From IMG/VR virus record IMGVR_UViG_3300008954_000003, positions 64,001 through 128,000 of that record: a stretch of 64,000 nt of DNA; one strand, given 5' to 3'. Position 1 is the stretch's first letter; each line of letters opens with the position of its first letter. The notes under the pieces are model-generated. The model saw only the letters and a list, made by a program, of their open reading frames with translations. It had not been told where the DNA came from and ran no database searches. Source of the stretch: a virus. Positions 19,021-28,213 of this stretch are shown here, piece after piece. The position numbers and the translations under genes were made by a program.

Positions 19021-20607
19021 ATGGGCTACAGGCTTACTAAAAAAGAACAGAGACTTGAAAGATTTAAGTGTGGCAGGGACCCGGCTTATTTCCTGAACAA
19101 TTATGGCAGGATTGTTCACCCAACAAGAGGTCCAATTCCGTTTGATCTTTATCCATTCCAAGAAGAGGTTTTGAAAGACTTTGTTGACCATAGATTTAAT
19201 ATTGTTCTGAAGTCAAGACAGCTCGGATTATCAACAGCAACGGCTGGTTATGTTTTGTGGTTAATTCTGTTTCATGAGGCAAAGAATGTTATCACCGTGG
19301 CAACCAAACAAAGAACAGCGGCGAACCTTGTAAAGAAAGTTAAATATATGTACAAACACTTACCTTCATGGCTTAGAGCGATTGCAGCAGCCGACACAAA
19401 CAACTCTTCAATGTTGTTCCTTGACAACGAGTCGGGAATTGAAGCCCTTTCAACCAGTATGGATGCAGGACGTTCAGATGCTCTTTCATTGCTTGTTGTT
19501 GACGAAGCCGCAATCGTTGAGAAGTTTGCTGAGAAGTGGGGTTCTTTGTATCCAACACTTGCTGAAGGTGGCGCGTGCATTGCGCTTTCGACTCCGAAAG
19601 GTGTTGGCAACTGGTTTCATGAGACTTGCATGGGAGCCCTTGAAAAAACCAACGAATTCAACATCGTCGAGCTTCCATGGTATGTTCATCCAAACCGAGA
19701 CAAGAAATGGTTTGATAAAGAGACAAAGAACCTTTCGAGAGCCTTTATCGCACAGGAATATGAATGCAACTTCAACTTGTCAGGCGACACATTTATTGAC
19801 CCCGAAGATATTCAACGAGTTAAGAAAGCGACGATCGATCCAATGTACAGGTCAGGAGTGGATAGAAATTATTGGATTTGGAAATCGTATGATCCAAGCA
19901 GAAACTACTTCCTTATTTCAGATGTAGCGCGGGGCGATGGTGCAGACTATTCAACGTTCCATATATTTGATGTCGAATCCATGGAACAAGTTGCAGAGTA
20001 TAGAGGGCAGGTGGGCACAGACTTATTTGCACACGTTGTTTTTAATGCTGGGAAAGAGTATGGTTTTTGTATGGTTGCAATGGAAAACAACACGATTGGT
20101 TGGGCAGTGCTGCAAGACCTTCAAAGAATGGAATATCCCAACCTATACTTCTCAAAGAAGACTGGAAACGATTATGTTGAGCCTCACGCAGCAGAAGGAA
20201 ACTCAAGTGTTGTCCCTGGTTTCCGCATGGGTCATACATTGAGAACCTTGTCTCTTGCGAAGCTTGAAGAATATGTCAGGAACAAGCAAGTTACAATCAA
20301 TTCAATAAGGTTGGCAAACGAAATGGACACGTTCATTTGGAACAACGGCAAACCAGAAGCGTTGAAGGGCAAGAACGACGATCTTATGATACCCGCCGCT
20401 ATGGCTTGCTGGATCAAAGACACCATCCTTATTGAGAGCCGAAAAACAATGCAGTACAAGAAAGCTATTCTTGATTCAATTTCCTTAACATCGAGGACGT
20501 TTGATACAAGAATCCAAGGGATGCACGGATATAATCCGAAACGAGAACGAGCTTATCAAAAAGCAAAACAAGATTACATAGGCCACGATTGGGTCATAAT
20601 GGGTTAA
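19021..20607 (+). CDS. terminase large subunit (T4 gp17-like)
   Basis: LYPFQ Q-motif, LKSRQLGLST Walker A, LLVVDEAA Walker B, STPKG, nuclease ISDVARGDGADYS, NDDL. Confidence 0.95.
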   Translation: MGYRLTKKEQRLERFKCGRDPAYFLNNYGRIVHPTRGPIPFDLYPFQEEVLKDFVDHRFNIVLKSRQLGLSTATAGYVLWLILFHEAKNVITVATKQRTAANLVKKVKYMYKHLPSWLRAIAAADTNNSSMLFLDNESGIEALSTSMDAGRSDALSLLVVDEAAIVEKFAEKWGSLYPTLAEGGACIALSTPKGVGNWFHETCMGALEKTNEFNIVELPWYVHPNRDKKWFDKETKNLSRAFIAQEYECNFNLSGDTFIDPEDIQRVKKATIDPMYRSGVDRNYWIWKSYDPSRNYFLISDVARGDGADYSTFHIFDVESMEQVAEYRGQVGTDLFAHVVFNAGKEYGFCMVAMENNTIGWAVLQDLQRMEYPNLYFSKKTGNDYVEPHAAEGNSSVVPGFRMGHTLRTLSLAKLEEYVRNKQVTINSIRLANEMDTFIWNNGKPEALKGKNDDLMIPAAMACWIKDTILIESRKTMQYKKAILDSISLTSRTFDTRIQGMHGYNPKRERAYQKAKQDYIGHDWVIMG

Positions 20608-20610
20608 CAA

Positions 20611-22614
20611 ATGGTAGACAAGAAAAAGAATCCAAAGAATGAATTATCCCCGTTGTTTAAACGGCTGACAAGACTATTTTCAGGTCCGATTGTCAATTAT
20701 GATGCACAGACTCCGAGAAAGCTAAAAAAGCGTCAACTTGACAAATACGCCAATAGATTTAGATCATTGGCAGGTTTGGATTTTAAGAGGTCTGCTTATA
20801 ATCCGTTTGAGAACTTGCAATCAACGGTGATGAATCAACACAACCGTGGCGAACGCTACGGTGATTTTGATCAAATGGAATATTATCCAATCCTTGCGTC
20901 TGCCATCGATATTTATGCAGACGAGATGACAACCCATAGTATTTACGCCCCAATTCTCAATGTTGAATGCCCCAACGAAGAGATTTCAGGCATATTAAAC
21001 ACGCTCTTTTACAACGTGTTGAATATTGAACACAACTTATACGGATGGTGCAGATCGCTATGTAAATATGGCGATTTTTTTCTTTATCTGGATCTCAATG
21101 AAGATATTGGTGTGAAGTCTGTTATCAGCTTGCCGACTCAAGAAGTTGAACGCCTTGAGGGAGAAGATAAAGAGAACCCCAACTATATCCAATTCCAGTG
21201 GAATGCCGGTGGCCTAACCTTTGAGAACTGGCAGTTGGCTCATTTCCGAATTCTTGGAAATGACAAGTACGCTCCGTATGGAACAAGTGTTCTTGAACCA
21301 GCGAGACGTATTTGGCGACAATTGACAATGATGGAAGACGCAATGATGTCATATCGTATCATCAGATCGCCAGAGCGGTTGATTTACAAAATTGATGTTG
21401 GAGGCATTGCGCCTGAAGATGTTCCACAGTTTATTGAAAAAGTTATAACATCAACAAGAAGGCACTCGGTTGTTGATCCTGATACAGGGCGCGTCGATCT
21501 TCGTTATAACCCATTGAGTGTTGAAGAAAACATCTTTTTGCCAGTTCGTGGTGAAAACTCAGCAACAGAAATTACCGCTCTTCCGGGTGGACAAAACACA
21601 ACACAGATTGATGACATTCAATATTTAAAAAATAATTTGTTTGCAGCCATTAAGATTCCTGAAGCATATCTTTCGATGGGCAAGGACGCAGGAAATGAGG
21701 ACAAGACAACATTATCTCAAAAGGACATTCGTTTTTCAAGAACCATTCAGAGGCTTCAAAGATCTGTCATTGCAGAGCTTGAAAAGATTGCAATCGTTCA
21801 CCTTTTCACTTTGGGTTATCGCGGTGAAGACATTATGTCCTTCAAACTGAAACTTAACAACCCATCGAAATTGGCCCAGATACAAGAGCTTGAACATTGG
21901 AGAACAAAGTTTGAGGTTGCGGGACAAGCGACAAATTCAGGCTTTAGCCGTCCATGGGTTTCAAGAAACGTGTTCAATCTCACAGATGATGAATTCGTTC
22001 GTAATCAGTATGAGCGGTTCTACGATCAGAAGATTGACCTTCAACTTGAAGCAATGGCACAAGAACCAGGGTTTGCTGCTGGTGGTGAAGGAGGGGCACC
22101 CGGTGGTGGTGCGCCCCCAATGGATCTCGCTGCGCCCGAAGGAGAGGGCGCACTTGATGCTGATATGGGCATGGAAGAGCCTGTCGCTCCGTCAGGACCA
22201 GAGGAAAAGACCCCGTTATTGGCCGCACCAGGAGAAGCCCCAATGGGGCCACCGGCTGGAGCACCAGCGAAGAAGGACACCCAAAAAGGTTCAGCGTTCA
22301 AGGGGCCAGTTCCTATGTTTACGCAGTTTAGTGATGGTTCGTATACAACACGTTCCGCCAAGGGCAAGAGGTATAAACCCGTTGCCACAGACAAGAGGCG
22401 TGGCATGGGGCCGCGAAGAAAGAACGCTGCGGCATTAACAGGAAAGAAGCAAGGCTCAAGCCACCCAGGAAAAAGAGAATTAGATAGGATAGGACTTGGC
22501 CTTTATGAGTCAAAGGAAAAGATTTTTGAGAAATTGGAAAGAGACATCCATGAGTATCAAAAAGAGGTCGATGAGGTTTTGGAAACAGTGGAGTCAGATA
22601 AAGATGAAATTTAA
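20611..22614 (+). CDS. portal protein (T4 gp20-like) with low-complexity C-terminal tail
   Basis: YGTSVLEPARRIWRQL.MMEDAM..YRI.RSPER.IYKIDVG, EITALPGGQN, DIRFSRTIQRLQ. Confidence 0.93.
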   Translation: MVDKKKNPKNELSPLFKRLTRLFSGPIVNYDAQTPRKLKKRQLDKYANRFRSLAGLDFKRSAYNPFENLQSTVMNQHNRGERYGDFDQMEYYPILASAIDIYADEMTTHSIYAPILNVECPNEEISGILNTLFYNVLNIEHNLYGWCRSLCKYGDFFLYLDLNEDIGVKSVISLPTQEVERLEGEDKENPNYIQFQWNAGGLTFENWQLAHFRILGNDKYAPYGTSVLEPARRIWRQLTMMEDAMMSYRIIRSPERLIYKIDVGGIAPEDVPQFIEKVITSTRRHSVVDPDTGRVDLRYNPLSVEENIFLPVRGENSATEITALPGGQNTTQIDDIQYLKNNLFAAIKIPEAYLSMGKDAGNEDKTTLSQKDIRFSRTIQRLQRSVIAELEKIAIVHLFTLGYRGEDIMSFKLKLNNPSKLAQIQELEHWRTKFEVAGQATNSGFSRPWVSRNVFNLTDDEFVRNQYERFYDQKIDLQLEAMAQEPGFAAGGEGGAPGGGAPPMDLAAPEGEGALDADMGMEEPVAPSGPEEKTPLLAAPGEAPMGPPAGAPAKKDTQKGSAFKGPVPMFTQFSDGSYTTRSAKGKRYKPVATDKRRGMGPRRKNAAALTGKKQGSSHPGKRELDRIGLGLYESKEKIFEKLERDIHEYQKEVDEVLETVESDKDEI

Positions 22615-23419
22615 ACACAATAAAAAGAGAAACACTGCTTTTTTGTATGAAGCGTTAATCAGAGAGCTTGTGAAGGCAACAATTGATGGGGACGAACACA
22701 AGAAAGAGATCTCAATGTCTCTTGTCAAAGAGTTTTTCAACAAGGATGCCATTCTCGGAAAAGAACTTGCCTTATATAAAACCATTTTGGAAGCAAAAGA
22801 AGTTAATCCCCTGGATGCAGAAAAAATTCTTTATGAAGTTCGAAGAGTGTATTCGACATTCGGAGATAACGAAGTTTATAAGACACAGAGTCGGCTCATC
22901 GCCAAGGTTAATAGAGTTTTGTCCCCAAATGTGTTTTCAAATTATGTCCCAAACTACAAAGAGCTTGCAACGATATATCAGATTTTCAACGATAAGGGCT
23001 CAATTAAGGGGCGAATAATCCTTGAAAAGAAAATCCTTGAAAACATGGTGATTAAAACAAAGAAGAGGCAAGAGACGGTTCTTGTTGACAATATGGTGCT
23101 TGCTTCCTTTGTGAGAAACTTTAATAAGAAATACGATTCGTTTTTGCCAGAACAAAAGAGACTGATAAACCTGTTTGTTAGTTCCGGCACAAAAGATGTC
23201 GAGTTCAAAGTGTTTTTGAATGAAGAGTTTAACAGGATTAAAGAGTCTATTGAATCATCTTATGACATAAAAGAATTACAAGAAGATGAAGGAATGCTGG
23301 AAGGAGCAAAAAAAGTAGTCCAGTGCTTGAAGGAGTATCAAGAAAAACAAGAGTATCAAAAGAAAGATTTTGTATTGATACTCAAAATGCAACAACTCGT
23401 TAAGGAATTACAAAGTTAA
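22604..23419 (+). CDS. conserved head-module hypothetical protein
   Basis: MKFKHNKKRNTAFLYE start overlapping the portal stop. Confidence 0.65.
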   Translation: MKFKHNKKRNTAFLYEALIRELVKATIDGDEHKKEISMSLVKEFFNKDAILGKELALYKTILEAKEVNPLDAEKILYEVRRVYSTFGDNEVYKTQSRLIAKVNRVLSPNVFSNYVPNYKELATIYQIFNDKGSIKGRIILEKKILENMVIKTKKRQETVLVDNMVLASFVRNFNKKYDSFLPEQKRLINLFVSSGTKDVEFKVFLNEEFNRIKESIESSYDIKELQEDEGMLEGAKKVVQCLKEYQEKQEYQKKDFVLILKMQQLVKELQS

Positions 23420-24024
23420 TGACTATTGAAGTACAAATTGGCAAAGAAGCGGTTGAAGCCGCAGGTTTCGACTTTCCAGAGGATGATGTTCTTCCGGGGG
23501 AAGAAAAGGGTGAGCCTGATATCGTTGTTACGATCATGGGAGAATTTCTCAAGGTCAAACTCAATGCGAGAAAGACTCTCGATGGCAATATTATAATATA
23601 TGATCACCCACAGATTGATATAACGCTTATCCCGTTTAAGAATAAGATTTTGACATTGCCAAAGACCAATAAGAGTACCGCAGTTTATGCAGCACAAAAA
23701 AGATACTTTGACTTCTTAGCTCAGAAGGGAGCCATTGTTGTTGACAGCATAAGAAGTGGTGGTGTATATGGCTCATTGGAAGCCTTTTACCCTGTTAACG
23801 AAGAAGTTGATGCGTTGCAGGTCGTTCTTCTTGTCACAAAAAGATTCGTTGAGAACGATAAAGAGAAGTACATGACATACGATGAGTATCTCGATGAAGT
23901 CGAAGAGATGTACATTGAGCCCGGTGCCGAAGATTCGACAGAATACGGTGAAGTTCCACAGGGTGAAAAGAAGGGAACAATTGATCCTCTTTATAAACCA
24001 TACGGAATTCTTTATAGGATTTAA
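23419..24024 (+). CDS. hypothetical protein
   Basis: TAATG coupling with the previous gene; C-terminal DSTEYGEVPQ..KKGTI. Confidence 0.6.
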   Translation: MTIEVQIGKEAVEAAGFDFPEDDVLPGEEKGEPDIVVTIMGEFLKVKLNARKTLDGNIIIYDHPQIDITLIPFKNKILTLPKTNKSTAVYAAQKRYFDFLAQKGAIVVDSIRSGGVYGSLEAFYPVNEEVDALQVVLLVTKRFVENDKEKYMTYDEYLDEVEEMYIEPGAEDSTEYGEVPQGEKKGTIDPLYKPYGILYRI

Positions 24025-24026
24025 TC

Positions 24027-24482
24027 ATGAGTTATTTAAAGAAGTGGCAGCAATTTATCACAGAACAGGAGGATAACACTCCTTCAACAGCAGATCCGGC
24101 TACCCACGATGATGGTAAAACCGGAAGTATGGATTCGCCGGAAGCAAACCCTTTGGCGTACATTAAGGGTCAGATTGTTGTACTTCATAATTTATTGATG
24201 AATGATGATATCGATGGTTATTTTGATACGGTTAACGATGAGAAATTGTTTCGAGCCCTTGAGGACCTTGACTTGGCTTTGACAGGCAAGCACGATAATA
24301 AAGTTTTAAAACACGAGCAAGCGTACAAAGAACTTGCAGAAGGCCCACTACACATCTTTTATCTTTCAGATGGTGGATATAGCCGAGTGGTTCTAAATCC
24401 TACAAATGGCAAGGTCCACCTAACACATAACAGCACCGATATGGTAAAACAAAAATACAAAGAACTTGAAGAAGAGCTGTGA
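24027..24482 (+). CDS. hypothetical protein with N-terminal WxxFIxE motif (possible internal head protein)
   Basis: MSYLKKWQQFITEQE followed by an acidic linker. Confidence 0.55.
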   Translation: MSYLKKWQQFITEQEDNTPSTADPATHDDGKTGSMDSPEANPLAYIKGQIVVLHNLLMNDDIDGYFDTVNDEKLFRALEDLDLALTGKHDNKVLKHEQAYKELAEGPLHIFYLSDGGYSRVVLNPTNGKVHLTHNSTDMVKQKYKELEEEL

Positions 24483-24787
24483 TGACACTCCTATATTTTA
24501 TTTTAATGTGTTATGGATTGACACTGATTTTATGCTACGGGAAAATTTTTGATAAGATTCGTCCAAAGCATCGATTCTTTAAGTGTCCAATGTGTGTGGG
24601 ATTTTGGGCGGGCCTGATTGTTTACGGTTTTTCTTTCTTTTCAAGACTAATTACTTTTGAGCTAGATTGGGGGACTCCAATACTGTTGGGGCTTCTGAGT
24701 TCGGGGACATCATATATCCTTTGTTCGTTGTTTGACGACAATGGATTGAAACTGGAGGTTGAAAATGAATACAGTTGCGACGATTAG
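24479..24787 (+). CDS. 3-TM membrane protein with CPMC motif (DUF1360-like)
   Basis: FFKCPMCVGFWAG and hydrophobic helices. Confidence 0.6.
   Translation: MMTLLYFILMCYGLTLILCYGKIFDKIRPKHRFFKCPMCVGFWAGLIVYGFSFFSRLITFELDWGTPILLGLLSSGTSYILCSLFDDNGLKLEVENEYSCDD
24646..24654 (+). promoter_or_regulatory. putative late promoter ACTAATTAC inside CDS, upstream of protease and bS21 genes
   Basis: 17-mer TTCAAGACTAATTACTT at 24640-24656 is identical to the intergenic 60411-60427. Confidence 0.55.
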
Positions 24788-24860
24788 ATGGTTCCTTCAG
24801 CCACCAAGGTTGTGTAGGAAAGGTTGTATAGGCGCGCGGGTAACGCCCGCAGGAGATTAA
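24765..24860 (+). CDS. 31-aa peptide MNTVATIRWFLQPPRLCRKGCIGARVTPAGD
   Basis: SD GGAGGT at 24754; fills the gap exactly; below the ORF-track cutoff. Confidence 0.5.
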   Translation: MNTVATIRWFLQPPRLCRKGCIGARVTPAGD

Positions 24861-24861
24861 A

Positions 24862-25068
24862 ATGGCAGACAAGGTTACAATTTCGGTGAAAAGGCTACGA
24901 GAGATCATTCGTGAACAACTCGGTTCTTCTTTTCAGCCCAATAATGAAATGCAAGGAGTTGTTGGAAAAATGGATCCAGCAGCAAAAGATGAGCTTCTTA
25001 TGAAGATGTTGGCTGGAAAGACGCCTGAAGAGGTTTTGTCATTGATGGGTGGAATGCAAAATGGATAA
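24862..25068 (+). CDS. small hypothetical protein (LREIIRE motif)
   Basis: SD AGGAG; 68 aa. Confidence 0.6.
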   Translation: MADKVTISVKRLREIIREQLGSSFQPNNEMQGVVGKMDPAAKDELLMKMLAGKTPEEVLSLMGGMQNG

Positions 25069-25678
25069 GAAGTTTCTTTTAACAGAATTCCTTGAGTTGA
25101 CGACAGAAGACGAATATGGTCTTTTGACGGAAGAGGAAAAAGAAAAAGTAAGTTCCGGCGAAGAAGTCATAATGTCAGGTATTATGCAGAAAGCCGATAC
25201 TGAAAATGGCAATGGCCGCATTTATCCAAAGAATATTCTTGAAAGAGAGGTTGAAAACTATAAAAAGCTTGTTCGAGAGAACAGGGCGTTGGGACAACTC
25301 GATCACCCCGAGTCTGCAATTGTCGAACTTGAAAAAGTTTCACATGTTGTAACCCATATTGAAATGCGTGGCAATGATGTTGTCGGAAAGATTAAATTGC
25401 TTGATACTCCCCAAGGACGTATCGCAAAAGAACTCAGGCGAAACAATATTAAATACGGAATCAGCTCAAGGGGTGTTGGTTCAACGAAGGAAGAGAGTGG
25501 CAAAACGATGGTTCAAGACGACTTCCAGCTTGTTTGTTTCGATCTTGTTTCAGAACCTTCGACGCCGGGAGCCTTCATGATTGCTGAAGGAAAAATTCCA
25601 AACGATATTTATTCAAAGGCAGACAAGATTAATAGAGCGATCAACGACATCTTGACAGAGGTTAAAAATGAAAAGTAA
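25061..25678 (+). CDS. prohead maturation protease (T4 gp21-like)
   Basis: NGNGRIYP, ALGQLDHP, VSHVVT, TPQG, GISSRGVGS, FDLVSEPSTPGAF. Confidence 0.93.
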   Translation: MDKKFLLTEFLELTTEDEYGLLTEEEKEKVSSGEEVIMSGIMQKADTENGNGRIYPKNILEREVENYKKLVRENRALGQLDHPESAIVELEKVSHVVTHIEMRGNDVVGKIKLLDTPQGRIAKELRRNNIKYGISSRGVGSTKEESGKTMVQDDFQLVCFDLVSEPSTPGAFMIAEGKIPNDIYSKADKINRAINDILTEVKNEK

Positions 25679-26150
25679 GGATACAAAAAAGTTCTTTAAA
25701 AAGATTATCAAAGAATGTCTTTATGAACTTCTTATTGAAGAGGGTGTCATTTCCGGTATGATCACTGAGGTCGCAAAGGGTCTTGGCGGTGTCCAAAGAA
25801 AGCCCGCTGTAAAAGAAGCCCCTCGTCACAAACCATCGTTTCCTCAAGGAGCTGAACCGGGGCCAAAATCAGATTTTGATCAAATGAGACGACAAATGCT
25901 TGAAGAAGTTGGAAGAGGTTCAGTGGAAGAGACACCAGAAGCAGCAGCCCCTCAACTTTCTTTTTCAAGTCCGTCAGTTGCTTCAATGTTTGAGGGCACA
26001 GCACCCCTTGAAGAGCCCGCAGACACTTCCATTCCGCCACACATTGATGAAGAGGCAGCTAAAATGCTTATGAGCGAGGGTTTGAACGTTATGGCGATAC
26101 CGGGTTCCCAAAATTGGGCACGCAAAGCGGGGGTAAAGAAGAATGGGTAA
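25668..26150 (+). CDS. hypothetical head-module protein
   Basis: KKIIKECLYELLIEEGVIS..ITEVAKG N-terminus. Confidence 0.6.
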   Translation: MKSKDTKKFFKKIIKECLYELLIEEGVISGMITEVAKGLGGVQRKPAVKEAPRHKPSFPQGAEPGPKSDFDQMRRQMLEEVGRGSVEETPEAAAPQLSFSSPSVASMFEGTAPLEEPADTSIPPHIDEEAAKMLMSEGLNVMAIPGSQNWARKAGVKKNG

Positions 26151-26361
26151 ACGAGCAGTCAATGTAAACGTTGTCGATCGTTACAACAATAACGATGCTT
26201 ATCGCCTTATTCGTAAGTTTATGAAGAAGGTCAAAAACGAAAGGATTCTTGAAGACTATCGAGCACGAATGTATTATGAAAAACCTTCTGTTAAACGTCG
26301 AAGAGAAAAGAAAAGAAAAATAAGAAATGCTGCAAAGCGCCAACAGCAACAACAACAATAA
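26143..26361 (+). CDS. rpsU: 30S ribosomal protein bS21
   Basis: LIRKFMKKVKNERILEDYRARMYYEKPSVKRRREK matches the bS21 pattern (F.K....GI...R.R..YEKPS..RR). Confidence 0.85.
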   Translation: MGKRAVNVNVVDRYNNNDAYRLIRKFMKKVKNERILEDYRARMYYEKPSVKRRREKKRKIRNAAKRQQQQQQ

Positions 26362-26376
26362 GAGGAAGAGAAGAAT

Positions 26377-26799
26377 ATGGCATTAACAGACAAACATTTT
26401 ACAAGACACAAAAGCGGTATTCAAAGTGTCGGTCAGTATCAGTTAAGCGGCATTCCGTTTATTACGTCTTCTTTGTTGGTGCAGAGCGCATCAGATCCAA
26501 GTACACCAACACAAGTTAAATTCCCCTATGTCTCTAAGTTTGTTACGGTTCGTAATGATGGCGGCGTATCAGGAGCGAAACTGAGAGTTGCTTTTAGTTC
26601 CAACGGTTTAACAGGCAGCAATTACTATTTCACCCTTGATGATGGCGAGTCGTACACGGCGGATTGGAGAGTCGGCAGTGTTTATCTTGCAGGTCACACT
26701 GTCGAGGTGACAGCGAGTGTCATTGCGGGACTCACAGGCATTGAAACAGGCTCATGGCACAACAATTGGTCAGGCTCTGTTATGACTTCTAATGTGTAA
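26377..26799 (+). CDS. small beta-rich structural protein (possible capsid decoration)
   Basis: VGQYQLSGIPFITSS, FPYVSKFVTVRN, LRVAFS, SVIAGLTGI. Confidence 0.55.
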   Translation: MALTDKHFTRHKSGIQSVGQYQLSGIPFITSSLLVQSASDPSTPTQVKFPYVSKFVTVRNDGGVSGAKLRVAFSSNGLTGSNYYFTLDDGESYTADWRVGSVYLAGHTVEVTASVIAGLTGIETGSWHNNWSGSVMTSNV

Positions 26800-26843
26800 T
26801 CACCCACTTTAAAATGTGAAGTGCGAATTTACTATTTCAGGAT

Positions 26844-26853
26844 ACTATTTATA
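26844..26853 (+). promoter_or_regulatory. putative late promoter ACTATTTATA
   Basis: Intergenic before scaffold/MCP; ACTATTTAT(A/T)TTAGCAA shared with 31504. Confidence 0.7.
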
Positions 26854-26881
26854 TTAGCAATTTAGTATCAGGAGCTGAAAT

Positions 26882-28198
26882 ATGCCTTCCATGTTAGAAC
26901 AAGCAATTATAGATGCAAAAGAATTAAAGGAGGCGGCCCTTAAAGCCGCCCAGCAAGATGTTGTTGAACGTTTTTCTGATGAAGTAAAAAAGAAAATGGA
27001 CGTTCTTTTAGAACAAGATCTTGGTGCCGCTTTGGGCGAAGATATGGGCATGGAAGATCCCATGGCCGGTGGCGATATGACGGGGGAAGAGGCTGGAGTT
27101 CCACCAGCACCGCAGACACCTGTTGATTTCGCTGCAACCGAAACAGATAACGACACAATCCCAACGCAGATTGAGTATGCTTTTTTGAATGGCGAGAATG
27201 TTGGAAAGACAGCCTATCCTGATGACGAACAACTTATTGAGATCAGCCTCGATTCTCTTTCTGAATATGAAATCGATCCTGGGGCTGGTCCAACAAAAAG
27301 AAAAGAAACAAACGAATCAGTTGAAATCGACGATGAGCTTTTAACAGAGTTGGCAGAAGCTCTTTCTTTTGGAGAAGAAGAGGGCGAAGACAGCTTGGTT
27401 GATGCCCTTGGAAGCTTCATTGGTGATGAGGAAGAGATCATTGACCCCATCTATGAAGAAGAAAACGTTGATGAAGACAAGCTCATTCCAAAAAATGGGG
27501 AAAAGTGCGAAGAGTGCGGCAAGAAAGATTGCATTTGCAAGAAGAAATCTGAAAAATGCAAAGGCAATTGTGTTGCTGAAGGCGTAAAAGTTGATTACAA
27601 CTTTGCCAAGGAAGGCAACCCCTTTGGCTCGATTTCAGAACAAGATCACATAAATCTTATGTTGGCAGAACTTGTTGAAGAAGTTGCAGAACTTGAAGAC
27701 AAGGTTAAGAAAACAAAAGAAAAAGCCAATAAAGAAGTTGGCAACCAAAAAGAACTAAATAAGCGACTTGAAACCGTAAATAAGGCTTTAAGTGGAAAAA
27801 TTAAAGAATACAAGGACAAATACGAAAACGCCGCACTAGTTAATAGTAACGCTGCGAAGGTATTTGAACAGATGAAACAGAAATTTGCAGAATCACAATT
27901 GGCTAACGCCAAGTTGTTATACACGAACAGGACATTGACTGATGCCTCGTTGAATGAGCGGCAAAAAGATAAAATTGTCGAGAACATCAACAAGTCCCGT
28001 TCAATTAAGGAAACGAAGATTGTCTATGAGACTCTCAAAAGCACGGTGGAGGGTGGCAAAAAGAGACACCCCAAATCACTAAGCGAGGCTATTACACGAA
28101 AATCTTCTCCTTTGCTCATTAAAGCTAATAGAGCAGAAAACAAAAAAGATTCCGATCCCTTTAGGGAAAAGATGAAACGTTTAGCTGGAATAAATTAA
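26882..28198 (+). CDS. prohead scaffold/core protein (gp22-like)
   Basis: Acidic N-half, coiled coil, NAKLLYTN, terminal MKRLAGI; immediately before MCP. Confidence 0.75.
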   Translation: MPSMLEQAIIDAKELKEAALKAAQQDVVERFSDEVKKKMDVLLEQDLGAALGEDMGMEDPMAGGDMTGEEAGVPPAPQTPVDFAATETDNDTIPTQIEYAFLNGENVGKTAYPDDEQLIEISLDSLSEYEIDPGAGPTKRKETNESVEIDDELLTELAEALSFGEEEGEDSLVDALGSFIGDEEEIIDPIYEEENVDEDKLIPKNGEKCEECGKKDCICKKKSEKCKGNCVAEGVKVDYNFAKEGNPFGSISEQDHINLMLAELVEEVAELEDKVKKTKEKANKEVGNQKELNKRLETVNKALSGKIKEYKDKYENAALVNSNAAKVFEQMKQKFAESQLANAKLLYTNRTLTDASLNERQKDKIVENINKSRSIKETKIVYETLKSTVEGGKKRHPKSLSEAITRKSSPLLIKANRAENKKDSDPFREKMKRLAGIN

Positions 28199-28213
28199 GG
28201 AGGAAAGAAAATT

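Noticed and set aside
24831-24850. Hairpin as a SECIS element
   Set aside because: No in-frame UGA upstream
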